The position numbers were made by a program, and so were the translations under genes. From Eukaryota sp. GEM-RC1 (lineage: Eukaryota), in the NCBI GenBank assembly GCA_040285855.1, contig JAUFOQ010000003.1:1426001-1490000 (forward strand): a stretch of 64,000 nucleotides of DNA, read 5' to 3'. The notes under the pieces are model-generated. The model was not told the origin of the DNA and did not search any database. It saw only the letters and a program-made list of their open reading frames with translations. Numbering within the stretch: the first letter of the stretch is position 1; every line of letters begins with the position of its first letter. Shown here piece after piece: positions 1-12,782 of the stretch.

Positions 1-285
1 GTAGGACTTACACATGGCATGAATTTGATCTCTAACAGCATCATGAATACAAGTTCTATAAGTAATGAAACGATTACAACTCAAAAGGTGAGAAAAAGTA
101 ACCAATTTACCACATTTACATTGAAGATCATTGGGTAAATTAGAGGGCCACAAGAAACATCGAAGTCTGAATGTAGTAGTCCATTGATGATCATTCAACA
201 ACAAACCATAAATCTGAGGAATTTGGTTAATCAAAGCAACTGAAGAACTGTCCTTCAAATCAATTAGAAAATTTGCGAAAGCTGG

Positions 286-2218
286 TTCTCAAAATCAGAG
301 AGAAAACAAAGAGCATCTCTACCAAGTCGACCATAAATTGAAATTGCAAAAGGACATAATTTGTACTCAACATGTCTAATATGTTTGAGAGCAGTCAATG
401 GTTCATGATATTTGTTTCTCTTGTGCTGTTGTAGAATTCAGTGGAGAAACTTCATTTTTAGCATACTTGAATGCACTTTTTTTGCAAACATCCACAGTAA
501 TCACATCAACAACGGTTAGTTCATCATTGACTGATGGAACTATAACATCAGCTCTTCTTTTACCAAAAGTCTTATCAAAATCACTATTTTTTAAATTATT
601 GATTTCCAGTGATCTCAACAGTGGCTCAACAAAAGATTCGATTTTGTAGGACTTACACATGGCATGAATTTGATCTCTAACAGCATCATGAATACAAGTT
701 CTATAAGTAATGAAACGATTACAACTCAAAAGGTGAGAAAAAGTAACCAATTTACCACATTTACATTGAAGATCATTGGGTAAATTAGAGGGCCACAAGA
801 AACATCGAAGTCTGAATGTAGTAGTCCATTGATGATCATTCAACAACAAACCATAAATCTGAGGAATTTGGTTAATCAAAGCAACTGAAGAACTGTCCTT
901 CAAATCAATTAGAAAATTTGCGAAAGCTGGTTCTCAAAATCAGAGAGAAAACAAAGAGCATCTCTACCAAGTCGACCATAAATTGAAATTGCAAAAGGAC
1001 ATAATTTGTACTCAACATGTCTAATATGTTTGAGAGCAGTCAATGGTTCATGATATTTGTTTCTCTTGTGCTGTTGTAGAATTCAGTGGAGAAACTTCAT
1101 TTTTAGCATACTTGAATGCACTTTTTTGCAAACATCCACAGTAATCACATCAACAACGGTTAGTTCATCATTGACTGATGGAACTATAACATCAGCTCTT
1201 CTTTTACCAAAAGTCTTATCAGAATCACTATTTTTTGAATTATTGATTTCCAGTGACCTCAACAGTGGCTCAACGAAAGATTCGATTTTGTAGGACTTAC
1301 ACATGGCATGAATTTGATCTCTAACAGCATCATGAATACAAGTTCTATAAGTAATGAAACGATTACAACTCAAAAGGTGAGAAAAAGTAACTAATTTACC
1401 ACATTTACATTGAAGATCATTGGGTAAATTAGAGGGCCACAAGAAACATCGAAGTCTGAATGTTGTAGTCCATTGATGATCATTCAACAACAAACCATAA
1501 ATCTGAGGAATTTGGTTAATCAAAGCAACTGAAGAACTGTCCTTCAAATCGATTAAAAAATTTGCGAAAGCTGGTTCTCAAAATCAGAGAGAAAACAAAG
1601 AGCATCTCTACCAAGTCGACCATAAATTGAAATTGCAAAAGGACATAATTTGTACTCAACATGTCTAATATGTTTGAGAGCAGTCAATGGTTCATGATAT
1701 TTGTTTCTCTTGTGCTGTTGTAGAATTCAGTGGAGAAACTTCATTTTTAGCATACTTGAATGCACTTTTTTGCAAACATCCACAGTAATCACATCAACAA
1801 CGGTTAGTTCATCATTGACTGATGGAACTATAACATCAGCTCTTCTTTTACCAAAAGTCTTATCAAAATCACTATTTTTTAAATTATTGATTTCCAGTGA
1901 TCTCAACAGTGGCTCAACAAAAGATTCGATTTTGTAGGACTTACACATGTCATGAATTTGATCTCTAACAGCATCATGAATACAAGTTCTATAAGTAATG
2001 AAACGATTACAACTCAAAAGGTGAGAAAAAGTAACCAATTTACCACATTTACATTGAAGATCATTGGGTAAATTAGAGGGCCACAAGAAACATCGAAGTC
2101 TGAATGTAGTAGTCCATTGATGATCATTCAACAACAAACCATAAATCTGAGGAATTTGGTTAATCAAAGCAACTGAAGAACTGTCCTTCAAATCAATTAG
2201 AAAATTTGCGAAAGCTGG
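286..2218 (-). repeat. 644-645 bp tandem unit (zinc knuckle + RLE core only)
   Basis: The identical junction GCGAAAGCTGG|TTCTCAAAATC occurs at 286, 931, 1575 and 2219. It recurs at 4133, 9654, 12106, 14546 and 15192. Confidence 0.95.
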
Positions 2219-3254
2219 TTCTCAAAATCAGAGAGAAAACAAAGAGCATCTCTACCAAGTCGACCATAAATTGAAATTGCAAAAGGACATAATTTGTACT
2301 CAACATGTCTAATATGTTTGAGAGCAGTCAATGGTTCATGATATTTGTTTCTCTTGTGCTGTTGTAGAATTCAGTGGAGAAACTTCATTTTTAGCATACT
2401 TGAATGCACTTTTTTTGCAAACATCCACAGTAATCACATCAACAACGGTTAGTTCATCATTGACTGATGGAACTATAACATCAGCTCTTCTTTTACCAAA
2501 AGTCTTATCAAAATCACTATTTTTTAAATTATTGATTTCCAGTGATCTCAACAGTGGCTCAACAAAAGATTCGATTTTGTAGGACTTACACATGTCATGA
2601 ATTTGATCTCTAACAGCATCATGAATACAAGTTCTATAAGTAATGAAACGATTACAACTCAAAAGGTGAGAAAAAGTAACCAATTTACCACATTTACATT
2701 GAAGATCATTGGGTAAATTAGAGGGCCACAAGAAACATCGAAGTCTGAATGTAGTAGTCCATTGATGATCATTCAACAACAAACCATAAATCTGAGGAAT
2801 TTGGTTAATCAAAGCAACTGAAGAACTGTCCTTCAAATCAATTAGAAAATTTGCGAACGCTCGATTTTTTTCTTTGGCCGAGCCAAGTCGAATTTTAAAA
2901 TCCAGACATTCAAAATGTTTTAAAAGGTGTTTTTGGAGTTTCTTAAGAGCAACATTTTAACGAGGTGACACATCGTTCTGGTATTTCACAAATATCTGCT
3001 GGAAAACACGTTTGCCAGAGGGCAGGTGAAATTAGCGACAATTCTGATCTCAAATTTACCAAGACAAAACTACTTGTCGGAAAAAAAAGAAGATTTTCTT
3101 GACTTGGGTAACGTTTACAGAACTCAAAGACAAAACTCTTACCACCACCAATGAAAGCAGATTTGGTCCAGCATTTAGACGAAGTGAAACCAATACCACC
3201 AAGATGAGGGTCTGGGAAGATGTGATTGTTCAAAGCAGCAGGATTTACTGATAA

Positions 3255-6200
3255 GTGAGAAGATGTTTATGGATCAAAAACACTAAAATAAAACCAAATA
3301 CTAGAACTCAATGTCATTAAAGCAACAATCATTGCCATTAAAACTCACATCAGCTTTTTCTTCATAAAAAACACTGAGAGCTAATAGAGCTTTTGAAATC
3401 ATGATAGGAATTGTTTTAAATATTGTAAAAACAATACGATTCAACCAAAATTTGAAATCAAATTTCTTGTTCATTCTTTTTGACCACTTTCTCAAAATCA
3501 GAGAGAAAACAAAGAGCATCTCTACCAAGTCGACCATAAATTGAAATTGCAAAAGGACATAATTTGTACTCAACATGTCTAATATGTTTGAGAGCAGTCA
3601 ATGGTTCATCATATTTGTTTCTCTTGTGCTGTTCTAGAATTCAGTGGAGAAACTTCATTTTTAGCATCCTTGAATGCACTCTTTTGCAAACATCCACAGT
3701 AATCACATCAACAACGGTTAGTTCATCATTGATTGATGGAACTGAGACATCAGCTCTTCTTTTACCAAAAGTCCTATCAGAATTACTATTTTTTAAATTA
3801 TTGATTTCCAGTGATCTCAACAGTGGCTCAACAAAAGATTCGATTTTGTAGGAATTACACATGGCATGAATTTGATCTCTGATAGCATCATGAATACAAG
3901 TTTTATAAGTAATGAAACGATTACAACTCAAAAGAGGAGAAAAAGTAACTAATTTACTACATTTACATTGAAGATCATTGGGTAAATTAGAGGGCCACAA
4001 GAAACATCGAAGTCTGAATGTTGTAGTCCATTGATGATCATTCAACAACAAACCATAAATCTGAGGAATTTGGTTAATCAAAGCAACTGAAGAACTGTCC
4101 TTCAAATCGATTAAAAAATTTGCGAAAGCTGGTTCTCAAAATCAGAGAGAAAACAAAGAGCATCTCTACCAAGTCGACCATAAATTGAAATTGCAAAAGG
4201 ACATAATTTGTGCTCAACATGTCTAATATGTTTGAGAGCAGTCTATGGTTCATGATATTTGTTTCTCTTGTGCTGTTGTAGAATTCAGTGGAGAAACTTC
4301 ATTTTTAGCATACTTGAATGCACTTTTTTGCAAACATCCACAGTAATCACATCAACAACGGTTAGTTCATCATTGACTGATGGAACTATAACATCAGCTC
4401 TTCTTTTACCAAAAGTCTTATCAAAATCACTATTTTTTAAATTATTGATTTCCAGTGATCTCAACAGTGGCTCAACGAAAGATTCGATTTTGTAGGACTT
4501 ACACATGGCATGAATTTGATCTCTAACAGCATCATCAATTAGAAAATTTGCGAACGCTCGATTTTTTTCTTTGGCCGAGCCAAGTCGAATTTTGAAATCC
4601 AGACATTCAAAATGTTTTAAAAGGTGTTTTTGGAGTTTCTTAAGAGCAACATTTTAACGAGGTGACACATCGTTCTGGTATTTCACAAATATCTGCTGGA
4701 AAACAAATTTGCCAGAGGTCAGGTCAAATTAGCGACAATTCTGATCTCAAATTTACCAAGACAAAACTACTTGTCGGAAAAAAGAAGATTTTCTTGACTT
4801 GGGTAACGTTTACAGAACTCAAAGACAAAATTCTTACCACCACCAATGAAAGCAGATTTGGTCCAGCATTTAGACGAAGTGAAACCAATACCACCAAGAT
4901 GAGGGTCTGGGAAGATGTGATTGTTCAAAGCAGCATGATTTACTGATAAGTGAGAAGATGTTTATGGATCAAAAACACTAAAATAAAACCAAATACTAGA
5001 ACTCAATGTCATTAAAGCAACAATCATTGCCATTAAAACTCACATCAGCTTTTTCTTCATAAAAAACACTGAGAGCTAATAGAGCTTTTGAAATCATAAT
5101 AGGAATTGATTTAAATATTGTAAAGACAATACGATTCAACCAAAATTTGAAATCAAATTTCTTGTTCATTCTTTTTTTTTGACTATTTTCTCAAAATCAG
5201 AGAGAGAAAAAAGAGCATCTCTACCAAGTCGACCATAAATTGAAATTGCAAAAGGACATTATTTGTACTCAACATGTCTAATATGTTTGAGAGCAGTCAA
5301 TGGTTCATCATATGTGATTCTCTTGTATTGTTCTGAAGAATTCAGTGGAGAAACTGCATTTTTAGCATCCTTGAATGCACTTTTTTTGCAAACATCCACA
5401 GTAATCACATCAACAACGGTTAGTTCATCATTGACTGAAGGAACTATAACATCAGCTCTTCTTTTACCAAAAGTCTTATCAAAATCACTATTTTTTAAAT
5501 TATTGATTTCCAGTGATCTCAACAGTGGCTCAACAAAAGATTCGATTTTGTAGGACTTACACATGGCATGAATTTGATCTCTAACAGCATCATGAATACA
5601 AGTTCTATAAGTAATGAAACGATTACAACTCAAAAGGTGAGAAAAAGTAACAAATTTACCACATTTACATTGAAGATCATTGGGTAAATTGGAGGGCCAC
5701 AAGAAACATCGAAGTCTGAAAGTAGTAGTCCATTGATGATCATTCAACAACAAACCATAAATCTGAGGAATTTGGTTAATCAAAGCAACTGAAGAACTGT
5801 CCTTCAAATCAATTAGAAAATTTGCGAACGCTCGATTTTTTTCTTTGGCCGAGCCAAGTCGAATTTTAAAATCCAGACATTCAAAATGTTTTAAAAGGTG
5901 TTTTTGGAGTTTCTTAAGAGCAACATTTTAACGAGGTGACACATCGTTCTGGTATTTCACAAATATCTGCTGGAAAACACGTTTGCCAGAGGGCAGGTGA
6001 AATTAGCGACAATTCTGATCTCAAATTTACCAAGACAAAACTACTTGTCGGAAAAAAAAGAAGATTTTCTTGACTTGGGTAACGTTTACAGAACTCAAAG
6101 ACAAAACTCTTACCACCACCAATGAAAGCAGATTTGGTCCAGCATTTAGACGAAGTGAAACCAATACCACCAAGATGAGGGTCTGGGAAGATGTGATTGT

Positions 6201-8791
6201 TCAAAGCAGCAGGATTTACTGATAAGTGAGAAGATGTTTATGGATCAAAAACACTAAAATAAAACCAAATACTAGAACTCAATGTCATTAAAGCAACAAT
6301 CATTGCCATTAAAACTCACATCAGCTTTTTCTTCATAAAAAACACTGAGAGCTAATAGAGCTTTTGAAATCATGATAGGAATTGTTTTAAATATTGTAAA
6401 AACAATACGATTCAACCAAAATTTGAAATCAAATTTCTTGTTCATTCTTTTTTTGACCACTTTCTCAAAATCAGAGAGAAAACAAAGAGCATCTCTACCA
6501 AGTCGACCATAAATTGAAATTGCAAAAGGACATTATTTGTACTCAACATGTCTAATATGTTTGAGAGCAGTCAATGGTTCATCATATGTGATTCTCTTGT
6601 ATTGTTCTGAAGAATTCAGTGGAGAAACTGCATTTTTAGCATCCTTGAATGCACTTTTTTTGCAAACATCCACAGTAATCACATCAACAACGGTTAGTTC
6701 ATCATTGACTGAAGGAACTATAACATCAGCTCTTCTTTTACCAAAAGTCTTATCAAAATCACTATTTTTTAAATTATTGATTTCCAGTGATCTCAACAGT
6801 GGCTCAACAAAAGATTCGATTTTGTAGGACTTACACATGGCATGAATTTGATCTCTAACAGCATCATGAATACAAGTTCTATAAGTAATGAAACGATTAC
6901 AACTCAAAAGGTGAGAAAAAGTAACAAATTTACCACATTTACATTGAAGATCATTGGGTAAATTGGAGGGCCACAAGAAACATCGAAGTCTGAAAGTAGT
7001 AGTCCATTGATGATCATTCAACAACAAACCATAAATCTGAGGAATTTGGTTAATCAAAGCAACTGAAGAACTGTCCTTCAAATCAATTAGAAAATTTGCG
7101 AACGCTCGATTTTTTTCTTTGGCCGAGCCAAGTCGAATTTTAAAATCCAGACATTCAAAATGTTTTAAAAGGTGTTTTTGGAGTTTCTTAAGAGCAACAT
7201 TTTAACGAGGTGACACATCGTTCTGGTATTTCACAAATATCTGCTGGAAAACACGTTTGCCAGAGGGCAGGTGAAATTAGCGACAATTCTGATCTCAAAT
7301 TTACCAAGACAAAACTACTTGTCGGAAAAAAAAAGAAGATTTTCTTGACTTGGGTAACGTTTACAGAACTCAAAGACAAAACTCTTACCACCACCAATGA
7401 AAGCAGATTTGGTCCAGCATTTAGACGAAGTGAAACCAATACCACCAAGATGAGGGTCTGGGAAGATGTGATTGTTCAAAGCAGCAGGATTTACTGATAA
7501 GTGAGAAGATGTTTATGGATCAAAAACACTAAAATAAAACCAAATACTAGAACTCAATGTCATTAAAGCAACAATCATTGCCATTAAAACTCACATCAGC
7601 TTTTTCTTCATAAAAAACACTGAGAGCTAATAGAGCTTTTGAAATCATGATAGGAATTGTTTTAAATATTGTAAAAACAATACGATTCAACCAAAATTTG
7701 AAATCAAATTTCTTGTTCATTCTTTTTTTGACCACTTTCTCAAAATCAGAGAGAAAACAAAGAGCATCTCTACCAAGTCGACCATAAATTGAAATTGCAA
7801 AAGGACATAATTTGTACTCAACATGTCTAATATGTTTGAGAGCAGTCAATGGTTCATCATATTTGTTTCTCTTGTGCTGTTCTAGAATTCAGTGGAGAAA
7901 CTTCATTTTTAGCATCCTTGAATGCACTCTTTTGCAAACATCCACAGTAATCACATCAACAACGGTTAGTTCATCATTGATTGATGGAACTGAGACATCA
8001 GCTCTTCTTTTACCAAAAGTCCTATCAGAATTACTATTTTTTAAATTATTGATTTCCAGTGATCTCAACAGTGGCTCAACAAAAGATTCGATTTTGTAGG
8101 AATTACACATGGCATGAATTTGATCTCTGATAGCATCATGAATACAAGTTTTATAAGTAATGAAACGATTACAACTCAAAAGAGGAGAAAAAGTAACTAA
8201 TTTACTACATTTACATTGAAGATCATTGGGTAAATTAGAGGGCCACAAGAAACATCGAAGTCTGAATGTTGTAGTCCATTGATGATCATTCAACAACAAA
8301 CCATAAATCTGAGGAATTTGGTTAATCAAAGCAACTGAAGAACTGTCCTTCAAATTAATTAAAAAATTTGCGAACGCTCGATTTTTTTCTTTGGCCGAGC
8401 CAAGTCGAATTTTGAAATCCAGACATTCAAAATGTTTTAAAAGGTGTTTTTGGAGTTTCTTAAGAGCAACATTTTAACGAGGTGACACATCGTTCTGGTA
8501 TTTCACAAATATCTGCTGGAAAACACGTTTGCCCGAGGGTAGGTGAAATTAGCGACAATTCTGATCTCAAATTTACCAAGACAAAACTACTTGTCGGAAA
8601 AAAAAGAAGATTTTCTTGACTTGGGTAACGTTTACAGAACTCAAAGACAAAACTCTTACCACCACCAATGAAAGCAGATTTGGTCCAGCATTTAGACGAA
8701 GTGAAACCAATACCACCAAGATGAGGGTCTGGGAAGATGTGATTGTTCAAAGCAGCAGGATTTACTGATAAGTGAGAAGATGTTTATGGAT
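3255..8791 (-). repeat. ~1274 bp tandem units (thumb to 3' UTR), first block
   Basis: The 20 bp linker GTGAGAAGATGTTTATGGAT occurs at 3255, 4950, 6226, 7501 and 8772. The first interval is 1695 bp because it contains an extra 644-type junction and an internal deletion near 4535. Confidence 0.93.
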
Positions 8792-9914
8792 CAAAAACAC
8801 TAAAATAAAACCAAATACTAGAACTCAATGTCATTAAAGCAACAATCATTGCCATTAAAACTCACATCAGCTTTTTTCTTCATAAAAAACACTGAGAGCT
8901 AATAGAGCTTTTGAAATCATGATAGGAATTGTTTTAAATATTGTAAAAACAATACGATTCAACCAAAATTTGAAATCAAATTTCTTGTTCATTCTTTTTT
9001 TGACCACTTTCTCAAAATCAGAGAGAAAACAAAGAGCATCTCTACCAAGTCGACCATAAATTGAAATTGCAAAAGGACATAATTTGTACTCAACATGTCT
9101 AATATGTTTGAGAGCAGTCAATGGTTCATCATATTTGTTTCTCTTGTGCTGTTCTAGAATTCAGTGGAGAAACTTCATTTTTAGCATCCTTGAATGCACT
9201 CTTTTGCAAACATCCACAGTAATCACATCAACAACGGTTAGTTCATCATTGATTGATGGAACTGAGACATCAGCTCTTCTTTTACCAAAAGTCCTATCAG
9301 AATTACTATTTTTTAAATTATTGATTTCCAGTGATCTCAACAGTGGCTCAACAAAAGATTCGATTTTGTAGGAATTACACATGGCATGAATTTGATCTCT
9401 GATAGCATCATGAATACAAGTTTTATAAGTAATGAAACGATTACAACTCAAAAGAGGAGAAAAAAGTAACTAATTTACTACATTTACATTGAAGATCATT
9501 GGGTAAATTAGAGGGCCACAAGAAACATCGAAGTCTGAATGTTGTAGTCCATTGATGATCATTCAACAACAAACCATAAATCTGAGGAATTTGGTTAATC
9601 AAAGCAACTGAAGAACTGTCCTTCAAATCGATTAAAAAATTTGCGAAAGCTGGTTCTCAAAATCAGAGAGAAAACAAAGAGCATCTCTACCAAGTCGACC
9701 ATAAATTGAAATTGCAAAAGGACATAATTTGTACTCAACATGTCTAATATGTTTGAGAGCAGTCAATGGTTCATCATATTTGTTTCTCTTGTGCTGTTCT
9801 AGAATTCAGTGGAGAAACTTCATTTTTAGCATCCTTGAATGCACTTTTTTTGCAAACATCCACAGTAATCACATCAACAACGGTTAGTTCATCATTGACT
9901 GATGGAACTATAAC

Positions 9915-10329
9915 GATGCTAAAAATGAAGTTTCTCCATTGAATTCTTCAGAACAATACAAGAGAAACAAATATGATGAACCACTGACTGCTCTCAAACA
10001 TATTAGACATGTTGAGTACAAATTATGTCCTTTGCAATTTCAATTTATGGTCGACTTGGTAGAGATGCTCTTTGTTTTCTCTCTGATTTTGAGAAAGTGG
10101 TCAAAAAAGAATGAACAAGAAATTTGATTTCAAATTTTGGTTGAATCGTATTGTTTTTACAATATTTAAAACAATTCCTATCATGATTTCAAAAGCTCTA
10201 TTAGCTCTCAGTGTTTTTTATGAAGAAAAAGCTGATGTGAGTTTTAATGGCAATGATTGTTGCTTTAATGATATTGAATTCTAGTATTTGTGTTTATTTT
10301 AATGTTTTTAATAAAGAGAATTTTAAAAA
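9915..10329 (+). mobile_element. 5'-truncated family A retrocopy inserted antisense into a family A copy
   Basis: It starts mid-ORF (GATGCTAAAAATGAAG) and ends with the stop, 3' UTR, AATAAA and A5. It is flanked by the 11 bp direct repeat GGAACTATAAC (9904-9914 and 10330-10340). Confidence 0.93.
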
Positions 10330-11268
10330 GGAACTATAACATCAGCTCTTCTTTTACCAAAAGTCTTATCAAAATCACTATTTTTTAAATTATTGATTTC
10401 CAGTGATCTCAACAGTGGCTCAACAAAAGATTCGATTTTGTAGGACTTACACATGGCATGAATTTGATCTCTAACAGCATCATGAATACAAGTTCTATAA
10501 GTAATGAAACGATTACAACTCAAAAGGTGAGAAAAAGTAACCAATTTACCACATTTACATTGAAGATCATTGGGTAAATTAGAGGGCCACAAGAAACATC
10601 GAAGTCTGAAAGTAGTAGTCCATTGATGATCATTCAACAACAAACCATAAATCTGAGGAATTTGGTTAATCAAAGCAACTGATCCTTCAAATCAATTAAA
10701 TAATTTGCGAACGCTCGATTTTTTTCTTTGGTCGAGCCAAGTCGAATTTTAAAATCCAGACATTCAAAATGTTTTAAAAGGTGTTTTTGGAGTTTCTTAA
10801 GAGCAACATTTTAACGAGGTGACACATCGTTCTGGTATTTCACAAATATCTGCTGGAAAACACGTTTGCCCGAGGGTAGGTGAAATTAGCGACAATTCTG
10901 ATCTCAAATTTACCAAGACAAAACTACTTGTCGGAAAAAAAAGAAGATTTTCTTGACTTGGGTAACGTTTACAGAACTCAAAGACAAAACTCTTACCACC
11001 ACCAATGAAAGCAGATTTGGTCCAGCATTTAGACGAAGTGAAACCAATACCACCAAGATGAGGGTCTGGGAAGATGTGATTGTTCAAAGCAGGAGGATCC
11101 ACAGACAACAAAAATGCAAGAAAGTCAGTACGAATTTTGTTAAAGCTTCTACAGAAGTTATAGGTAAGTACAGGGGGTAGAGAGCGAAGCAGATGAGTAA
11201 CTTTTCCTGAATAACTTTTTTTATAAAAAACAGTTTATTTAACAAAAACACTAAAATAGACACAAATA

Positions 11269-12078
11269 CTAGAACTCAATATCATTGAAGCAACAATCAT
11301 TGCCATTAAAACTCACATCAGCTTTTTCTTCATAAAAAACACTGAGAGCTAATAGAGCTTTTGAAATCATGATAGGAAATGTTTTAAATATTGTAAAAAC
11401 AATACGATTCAACCAAAATTTGAAATCAAATTTCTTGTTCATTCTTTTTTTAACCACTTTCTCAAAATCGGAGAGAAAACAAAGAGCATCTCTACCAAGT
11501 CGACCATAAATTGAAATTGCAAAAGGACATAATTTGTACTCAACATGTCTAATATGTTTGAGAGCAGTCAGTGGTTCATCATATTTGTTTCTCTTGTATT
11601 GTTCTGAAGAATTCAGTGGAGAAACTTCATTTTTAGCATCCTTGAAAGCACTTTTTTTGCAAACATCCACAGTAATCACATCAACAACGGTTAGTTCATC
11701 GTTGACTGATGGAACTATGACATCAGCTCTTCTTTTACCAAAAGTCTTATCAGAATCACTATTTTTTGAATTATTGATTTCCAGTGACCTCAACAGTGGC
11801 TCAACGAAAGATTCGATTTTGTAGGACTTACACATGGCATGAATTTGATCTCTAACAGCATCATGAATACAAGTTCTATAAGTAATGAAACGATTACAAC
11901 TCAAATGGTGAGAAAAAGTAACTAATTTACCACATTTACATTGAAGATCATTGGGTAAATTAGAGGGCCACAAGAAACATCGAAGTCTGAATGTTGTAGT
12001 CCATTGATGATCATTCAACAACAAACCATAAATCTGAGGAATTTGGTTAATCAAAGCAACTGAAGAACTGTCCTTCAA
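11269..12078 (-). pseudogene. Uninterrupted C-terminal zinc knuckle + RLE endonuclease portion of the family A ORF (5'-truncated)
   Basis: A 269 aa open frame carries all RLE motifs through the natural stop, followed by a 3' UTR with AATAAA and a short A tail. There is no RT and no ATG start. A near-identical copy with a 9 bp in-frame deletion lies at 13718-14518. Confidence 0.85.
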
Positions 12079-12366
12079 ATCGATTAAAAAATTTGCGAAA
12101 GCTGGTTCTCAAAATCAGAGAGAAAACAAAGAGCATCTCTACCAAGTCGACCATAAATTGAAATTGCAAAAGGACATAATTTGTACTCAACATGTCTAAT
12201 ATGTTTGAGAGCAGTCAATGGTTCATCATATTTGTTTCTCTTGTGCTGTTCTAGAATTCAGTGGAGAAACTTCATTTTTAGCATCCTTGAATGCACTTTT
12301 TTTGCAAACATCCACAGTAATCACATCAACAACGGTTAGTTCATCATTGACTGATGGAACTATAAC

Positions 12367-12782
12367 GATGCTAAAAATGAAGTTTCTCCATTGAATTCTT
12401 CAGAACAATACAAGAGAAACAAATATGATGAACCACTGACTGCTCTCAAACATATTAGACATGTTGAGTACAAATTATGTCCTTTTGCAATTTCAATTTA
12501 TGGTCGACTTGGTAGAGATGCTCTTTGTTTTCTCTCTGATTTTGAGAAAGTGGTCAAAAAAGAATGAACAAGAAATTTGATTTCAAATTTTGGTTGAATC
12601 GTATTGTTTTTACAATATTTAAAACAATTCCTATCATGATTTCAAAAGCTCTATTAGCTCTCAGTGTTTTTTATGAAGAAAAAGCTGATGTGAGTTTTAA
12701 TGGCAATGATTGTTGCTTTAATGATATTGAATTCTAGTATTTGTGTTTATTTTAATGTTTTTAATAAAGAGAATTTTAAAAA
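12367..12782 (+). mobile_element. Duplicate of the antisense family A retrocopy
   Basis: Same ends and same TSD GGAACTATAAC (12356-12366 and 12783-12793). Confidence 0.92.

Noticed and set aside
286..2218. In-frame poly-endonuclease protein from the 645 bp (215 codon) period
   Set aside because: The junction GAGAA|CCAGCT is out of frame, and the units carry an internal 2 bp deletion and stop codons.
1..3300. Telomeric retrotransposon array of the HeT-A/Gil type
   Set aside because: No telomeric repeats are visible, junctions are clonal rather than independent A-tailed additions, and polarity relative to the host genes is opposite. The location cannot be settled from this window.
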